From the NCBI RefSeq assembly GCF_006345805.1, contig NW_021835791.1, positions 1-41,501 of the forward strand: a stretch of DNA of 41,501 nt, written 5' to 3'. Of this stretch, positions 35,331 through 41,501 are shown one piece after another. Each line of letters begins with the position of its first letter. Position 1 is the first letter of the stretch. The translations under genes were made by a program, and so were the position numbers. The notes beneath the pieces are model-generated. The model ran no database searches, was not told the DNA's origin, and saw only the letters and a program-made list of their open reading frames with translations. Origin of the DNA: Octopus sinensis. Taxonomy: Eukaryota.

Positions 35331-35492
35331 CACGACACGCGCTTATTTCAGTTTCCGTCTACCAAATCCATAAAGAAGGCTTTGGTCGGCTCGAAGCTAT
35401 AGTAGAGACACTTGGCAATGTTCAACGCAGTGGGAGTGAACCCCAAAACATGTGGTTGGGAAGCAAGCTTCTTACCACACAGCCAGCCACGT
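35046..35492 (-). mobile_element. Family N SINE (35046-35262) and family C SINE (35335-35492)
   Basis: TCTTTTACTTGTTTCAGTCATTTGAGTGCGGTCCATGCTGGAG; TTTCAGTTTCCGTCTACCAAATCC...ACGCAGTGGGA. Confidence 0.8.
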
Positions 35493-35496
35493 CTGC

Positions 35497-35543
<47 letters not shown>

Positions 35544-36254
35544 TATATATAGATATATATTATATATATTATATATATATTATACACTCGCACTACACGG
35601 GTAACAATTTTTGTGGTTGTTCCTAATCCAACACCAAATATAAAAATTACGCTTGCATATTTGGCCAGATTATGCACTATGAAAGAAGAGAGAACCGTTC
35701 AAAAATTTTGAATTCATTAAGAGAAGTAGTGTGGAAGATTAAGCCATCTTTGCACTCTAATTGTTTATTCTTATTTCTCATCCTGCAATGTCCAATCATA
35801 CCTGTATATAGTCAAATAAAAAGTGAAAACATTTTGCCTGTTGCTCGAAGGTATCCGGCCATTTTTGCCAATTTATTCAACAATACATATGATCATTTTC
35901 GGTCATTTCGGCAAGAAAAATAACATCCGAATTACATAAGCGCACAATCATACTTAAAGATAACTATATTCTAGAACGCAATGGCTAGAGTTAGCCATAT
36001 TTACTGAGCTACACTTTATGGAATATACTAACGATGCAAAACATTTTTAGGAATGACTCATAGGCCCTGAATATAAAGCAAACAAACAAACAAATAAACA
36101 AAGTGGGACTGATAAATGGTTTATAGTTTCATAAATTGGATTTTACTGTATTTTGTTGTTATTCATGGATAAAAAGTCATAACAAAAAACAAACATAAAC
36201 CTAGAAGGAAAAAAGATGAAAAGACAAAAACAAAAATAAAGAAAATGTAGGAAG

Positions 36255-36330
36255 AAGAAGAAAGAAGAAGAAGAAGAAGAAGAAGAAGAAGAAGAAGAAG
36301 AAGAAGAAGGAGGAGGAGGAGGAGGAGGAG
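36255..36330. repeat. (GAA)n-(GGA)n microsatellite
   Basis: Direct reading. Confidence 0.9.
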
Positions 36331-36789
36331 AAAAAAGAAGAAGAATATTATTTATCGTTATTTGCTCCGTCACATAATTCTTCAATAGCTTCTTCATAGT
36401 CATAGCTACATATTCCGAGGCTAGCTTCCTGTTCCTCCAATTAATCTTGCTGCTTGTTCCCCCATTTTTCCAACTTATTTTCCTTTCTTAATGAACTAGT
36501 ACACCCGTCCTTATATTCTCCATCGCGCTCTCTCTCTCCCCTCTCTCCCTCACACAAACACACTTTCTTTTGCTCACTTTACATTCGGTTATACCTACAA
36601 ACATATATGTAGATGCATGCACGTATCTACAAGTATATATAAGACACCGCACGCATTTATGTTCATGCATATGTGCATACGCAGGCACGCGTTTGTGTGC
36701 GTGCGTGAATGCGTGTATAATACACTATATAAGTATCCTATATAATAAATATAATAAATGCTGATGCACCATATATATATAAATATATA

Positions 36790-36925
36790 TTTCCTCTCAT
36801 TCCTTTCTGCCGAAGAGTGTAGGCTGGAGACGTCAAAAACATTTCCATTCCTCTCGAGTGTCAAACTATTACACCTACTTCTTCCTTCACCTGTCTTCGT
36901 CATTTGTCTTCTGTAAATTTGAACT
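36790..36925 (+). mobile_element. Diverged family H5 element (motif at 36803-36838)
   Basis: CTTT-CTGCCGA-A-GAGTGTAGGCTG-GAGA-CGTC; downstream CACCTGTCTTCGTC matches the other copies. Confidence 0.65.
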
Positions 36926-36926
36926 A

Positions 36927-36959
<33 letters not shown>

Positions 36960-37033
36960 GTGTGTGTGTGTTACCGCGTGTTTATCGTTGGCGATTTTCT
37001 TTCTCCAACTTCCCTTCTTTGGAATTTTTCTAT

Positions 37034-37068
37034 ATTTCTGACGAAGAGCTTCGCTCGAAACGTGGAAT
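37034..37068 (+). ncRNA. Minimal hammerhead motif (family H7); canonical core but G at position 17
   Basis: ATTT-CTGACGA-A-GAGC(ttc)GCTC-GAAA-CG-TG-GAAT. Confidence 0.6.
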
Positions 37069-37176
37069 CGTGAAAATATATATAATCTCATCTTGTAAAT
37101 ATATAGTTTTGTTGATGCAAACCGGGAAATAGAGCTAAAAATACACGATTATCTGTACATCTTTTCTTCTGCCGAA

Positions 37177-37247
<71 letters not shown>

Positions 37248-37705
37248 GTATCTATCTATCTATCTATCTATCTCTAAAAATTACATACATGTATGTATGC
37301 ATATATAATCAAGCCCTAACTCGTCTGTATAAATTCGGAAGTACTGGTTTTTGGGTATTAATCTTGTTCGATGGCGCTTGTTCTAATAGATATCGTAATT
37401 ACTAGTGCTCTCAAATTTATAATTGAAATAATACTATACTGATGACGTAAATAAGGTATGCTTAATTTTACATATCTTTAATCCAGAAACGCATATATTG
37501 TTAATCAAAACCGGGTAGATTCGTTATTTTTTTTCTTCTTGCCTGTGTAAGTCGAGAGTATTGCTGTCTGGGAGATATCTTATGGTAGTAGAATAGTATT
37601 TAACTGCTATTTCTAAATTTCGGTATGTGATGAAGTAATTTGGCTAAACTCTGATTATAATTATGTTTATGATTATAGAATTTTATACATACATACATAC
37701 ATACA

Positions 37706-37740
<35 letters not shown>

Positions 37741-38072
37741 TGTGACCCCCTTCGGTCAGACACTGACCATGGGTTTGCACCTAGAGAGTTACCCTCTGAG
37801 GCACAAGTCTGGGCAAGGTTACTTTTATGGACGACCAGCAGTTGCCCATGCATACCGGCCTCCCCTCTCCACGTCACCGATGTTGTCCAAGGGAAAGGCA
37901 AAGGGGCTGATACAGTTTGGCACCTGTGATGTCGCAACTCATTTCTACAGCTAAGTGAACTGGAGCAACGTGAAATAAAGTGTCTTGCTCAAGAACACAA
38001 CACTCAGCCTGGTCTGGGATTCGAGCTCACAACCTCACGATCGTAAGCTCGACGCTCTAACCACTGAGCCAC
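37741..38072 (-). mobile_element. tRNA-derived SINE, full length
   Basis: Reverse complement: A box TGGCTCAGTGGTT, B box-like CTCGAATCC, then GTGTTCTTGAGCAAGACACTTTATTTCACG. Confidence 0.85.
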
Positions 38073-38769
38073 ATCAATTAAAAAAACTGAATTGATCTGT
38101 TGAAAGAATATGTGAAAGAAATTATGACAATATATTTTCAAAATTTCTACCGCTACCTTGTTATGTAAAGAAACTATGTATTTACTTATTTATTTATTTA
38201 TTCATTGATTTATGAGGACCTGAAATCCTAGTGATACGTTCATAGTCTGATTTTCTTACATTTATGTAACTCATGTATATAACAGTACAAAGTTAGTTGA
38301 ATAAACAGCGCTCATCATATGTTCCCATCAGATAATGATGAGGTTGTTGTAATTTTTTAAAGTTGATAAATTATAATAATATTTTTGACACAAACCTTAG
38401 AATAGATACACCAATCATGTAAATATACTTTACAAATGAATTCTAGCATGTATAGCTATAAAAACAGAAAAGTTAAAATTCTTAAATTATGCGAGAACAT
38501 TATAGTTGAATACTGCATTCTCTCGTGCGTATATGAACTCATATCACATAATGTACATACATAGATATACACTATACACATTTGAAAATCTAATGTGAAA
38601 CCGTTGAAGTGTATTCCTATATTTTCAAATATAATTAAATGCTAATTAATTCTAATATATTCGCTGCGTATTTTAAAATTCATTTCGTCATTTGGATAAA
38701 AAAACTATTTCTCTCTCTCTCTCTTTCTGTCTGTCGCTCTCTCTCTCCCCCCCCTCCCCTCTCTCTCTG

Positions 38770-38915
38770 TTTATTTTCTTCCATTCCTTTCTGCTGAAGA
38801 GCGTAGGCTTGGAACGTAAAAAAGTTTCGCACCTTCCTGAGCGTTAAACTAATACACCTGTTTATTGTTTACACACCTGTATCGCCCTTCGTTCTTTTTT
38901 TGTAAATGCCAACTA
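38770..38915 (+). mobile_element. Family H5 element (motif at 38787-38824)
   Basis: CTTT-CTGCTGA-A-GAGCGTAGGCTT-GGAA-CG-TA-AAA. Confidence 0.7.
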
Positions 38916-39102
38916 TATATACACACACTGTGTATAGACTCGATACTGGGAATGACCAATTTTAAATACTGTGGAATTTTACTTAAAAAGTATTGGAATC
39001 TTACAAGTATACCATTTTGCCTAAAAACTGGATCTACAAATTCAAAATCCTTACATATCCTGTATCATATCTAAATCAACTGTTACTTAACTATTCTCTC
39101 AC

Positions 39103-39152
39103 ACCGTCTCCGATGAAGGGATGTAATAAATATCCTTGAAACAGCTGTGAAA
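39103..39152 (+). ncRNA. Degenerate hammerhead-like motif
   Basis: CCGATGA 39110-16, 7-bp stem II AGGGATG/TATCCTT, GAAA 39138-41, palindrome ACAGCTGT; G17 and a broken stem I. Confidence 0.5.
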
Positions 39153-39285
39153 ATCTATCTATAAATGTTCTAAAATGTACTCAGCCTTGGTTTTTGTTTC
39201 ATTCATTACGGAAAAAGAAAATTATATATGTAGTTTTATATATATTATATATATATATATAATATATATATATCTATATATATAT

Positions 39286-39448
39286 ACACGACGGGTTTTT
39301 TCAGTTTCCGTGTACTAAATCCACTCACAGGGCTTGGTCGGCCCGAGGTTTAGTAAAAGACACTTGCCCAAGGTGCCACGCAGTGGGACTGAACCCGGAA
39401 CCATGTGGTTCGGAAGCAATCTTCTTACCACACATCCACACCTGCGCT
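39286..39448 (-). mobile_element. Family C SINE
   Basis: TTCAGTTTCCGTG...GGTCGGCCCGAGG...GACACTTGCCCAAGGTGCCACGCAGTGGGACTGAACCCGGAACC. Confidence 0.9.
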
Positions 39449-39695
39449 TATATATATATATATATATATAAACATATATATATATAAATGTGTCTGAGTA
39501 TTACTCACACATATATACACACACACTCACACATACACAGTTGTACACGTATACAGTCACACGTTTATTTGTTTGAAGTCAAGGCTTTGCTTCGTCGCTA
39601 TTCTGAGTTACCTGTTTTTTCAAAGAGACACGAATAAACTCCATTATATTCATTGGATATATTTTTCTTTTCTTGGCAAGTCGTTACAAATTAAC

Positions 39696-39726
<31 letters not shown>

Positions 39727-40109
39727 TGTATGTATGTATGTATGTATGTATGTATGTATGTATGTATGTAGTATGTATGTTGTATGCATGTATGTATGTA
39801 TGTATGTGTGTGTGTGTGTGTGTGTGTTTGTGAGCGCGTGCATGTGTGTGAGTGTGTGTGTATGTGTGTGTCTGTGTATGAAATTATTGAAAAACATGTT
39901 ATAATAAAAAATATATTGTGAGAATTTTAACTTAATAATTGGAATCTTTGATCTTCTATCAGTCTGTCTGTGCCTATTTCTCTCTTTACCTTTACGTTTG
40001 TGCAGTGTATATATCCTATTATATATATATAATACACTTACATTTTAATAAGTGATGACTCATTTTTCATTCCCTTTTAGAAGATATTGAACCTATTAGA
40101 AATAACGAA

Positions 40110-40350
40110 GGGAACCAATACTAAGCTTTGATCAAATGGAATTAAGGCTTAGATGCTAGTGGGAGTTTGGAAACGCAGACGAAGTGCATTGACAGTTTCG
40201 GAGGGAATTTAAGGCAGTTCCATCTGCGTGACTAACCATTTCTAGCATTAGAAATAAGATTGAATTACAGATGGAACTATTCTGAATGTCCGCAAGAAAT
40301 GTTCTTGAAAACCGTGGACATCAACGACCCCAACAAAGCAAGAAAGTATA
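40110..40350 (+). pseudogene. Tc1/mariner-type transposase N-terminal HTH fossil (DUF4817-like)
   Basis: SFDQMELRLRC*WEFGNADEVH*QFRREFKAVPSA*LTISSIRNKIE / DGTILNVRKKCS*KPWTST. Confidence 0.6.
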
Positions 40351-40528
40351 CCAGAAATGTTTTGGGAGAGTTTAAAACTAATCGGTTTTGCTCTCCATGC
40401 TTTAGTTTTCTTGCGATTAACTTTTTATACATTTATAGTTACTTTGGCATATTGAGATACTTACACAGAATTTGATATATTGAGATCTTACTTACATACG
40501 ATTGACAATTGTTTTTTCAGAACTGATC

Positions 40529-41501
40529 ATAGCTTCTTTAAGTAGACATAGATGTGTGAATAATCCTGATGGCTCCTGTTATGTCTGTGGCTCCTTCACA
40601 CTTATTTGTCAAAGGTGAAATATCGCATTGTGAGACGGTCTTATAAAGCCTATTTTGGAATTCCCTTTGGCGACTAAGACAAAAAAAATGGGTCCCTCAT
40701 GTTGTATTTCATAACTGTGAGATAATGCTTCGTGACTAGACAAAAGGAAATCGAAAGGGTCTGCTGTCTGAAGCTTCAACAGTTTGGCGAGAGGCCAGGG
40801 ACCACACAAATCACTGTTAATTTTGTATGGTCAACACAAAAGGTATCAGCAAGAAAAATAGGTGTAAAATATCTTAACCTAGTATTTCTTCAGCAATTAG
40901 ACCTATTATGCACTCTGAGACAGTTCCGATTTAAGCTTTCCTTTGGGTTCACCTCTTCCGAAGATAAATCTAGTGAAAATGAGTACGAGGATGATAACGA
41001 AGATCATGAAATTACTTCAGAATTCCAAGACTTGGTACCGAAAAATCAATCCCTCACCGGTTTAGTCAAACAGAATTGAATGATTTAGTGCGTGATTTGG
41101 GACTCTCCAAGACTGCAGATGAAGTTCTAGCGTCCAGGCAGCAAAAAAAGTATCTACTTAAAGTTTCTTATTTTCGAAAACAAGACCAGATTTTTGTGTC
41201 ATCTCTTTGTTTACAGTCACGATAGTTCCAATCTCCGGGAATTAGGCGTCTCCTCGTATAGTTCAACTGACTGGTGACTATTTCTAGATAGTTCGAATCG
41301 CAGCCTTAAATGTGTTTTCTTACAAAATGGTAATGCTTATGGAGCTGCCTCAGCAGGTCGCTCAGCGCGTTTGCAATAATACAGTGAGATAAAAATGGTT
41401 ATTGACCAACTAAAATATCGTGAGCACAACTGCCTATTGTGTAGATTTGAAAATGGTAAATTTCCTCCTCGGCCAACAGAAAGGTTTCATAAACTATACT
41501 T
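40529..41501 (+). pseudogene. CMC/Chapaev3-like DNA transposase fossil, running off the window end
   Basis: CVNNPDGSCYVCG...AYFG...GD*DKKWVPH..HNC...VWRE..DH..C*FC zinc-finger region; FSQTELNDLVRDLGLSK; W*LFLDSSNRSLKCVFLQNGN; CVDLKMVNFLLGQQ. Many stops and frameshifts. The superfamily name is from recall of the motifs. Confidence 0.75.

Noticed and set aside
38020-38072. tRNA-like sequences (also at 1811, 28560 and the family C and M heads)
   Set aside because: A and B boxes run directly into SINE bodies; no complete acceptor stem was seen.
40732-41079. 115-aa ORF as a standalone gene
   Set aside because: It lies within the frameshifted Chapaev3-like transposase fossil and is mostly out of frame with its conserved motifs.

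Overview
Eukaryotic, AT-rich DNA dense in microsatellites and transposons. No host protein-coding gene, rRNA, true tRNA or CRISPR array is recognisable. The SINE families and the (TA)/(CA)/(TATC)/(TACA) load look like an Octopus (coleoid cephalopod) intron or intergenic region; this is from recall, not a database search. Almost all ORFs in the supplied track are microsatellite artefacts. Manual translation across stops and frameshifts shows fossils of an RLE-type LINE (3822-4205), a Penelope-like GIY-YIG endonuclease (6110-6717), a piggyBac transposase (19030-19440), an I/Nimb-like LINE RT split by a SINE dimer (26632-27638), a mariner-type HTH (40110-40350) and a Chapaev3-like transposase (40529 to the window end). 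There is also a TA-flanked Tc1-type MITE, a non-autonomous Helitron and many tRNA-derived SINEs. The main signal is RNA-structural: about 16 type I hammerhead ribozyme (HHR) motifs from several short elements sitting in (TA)n tracts. The strongest case is two adjacent units of about 490 and 550 bp (7151-8492 and 8502-10050). Each is built as one inverted copy plus a head-to-tail partial tandem, with one HHR per copy, which is the architecture of Penelope pseudo-LTRs or retrozymes. HHR-bearing Penelope-like elements are a known class; whether these families, or the A6-variant core seen here, have been described cannot be judged without a search. All alignments and folds were done by eye.
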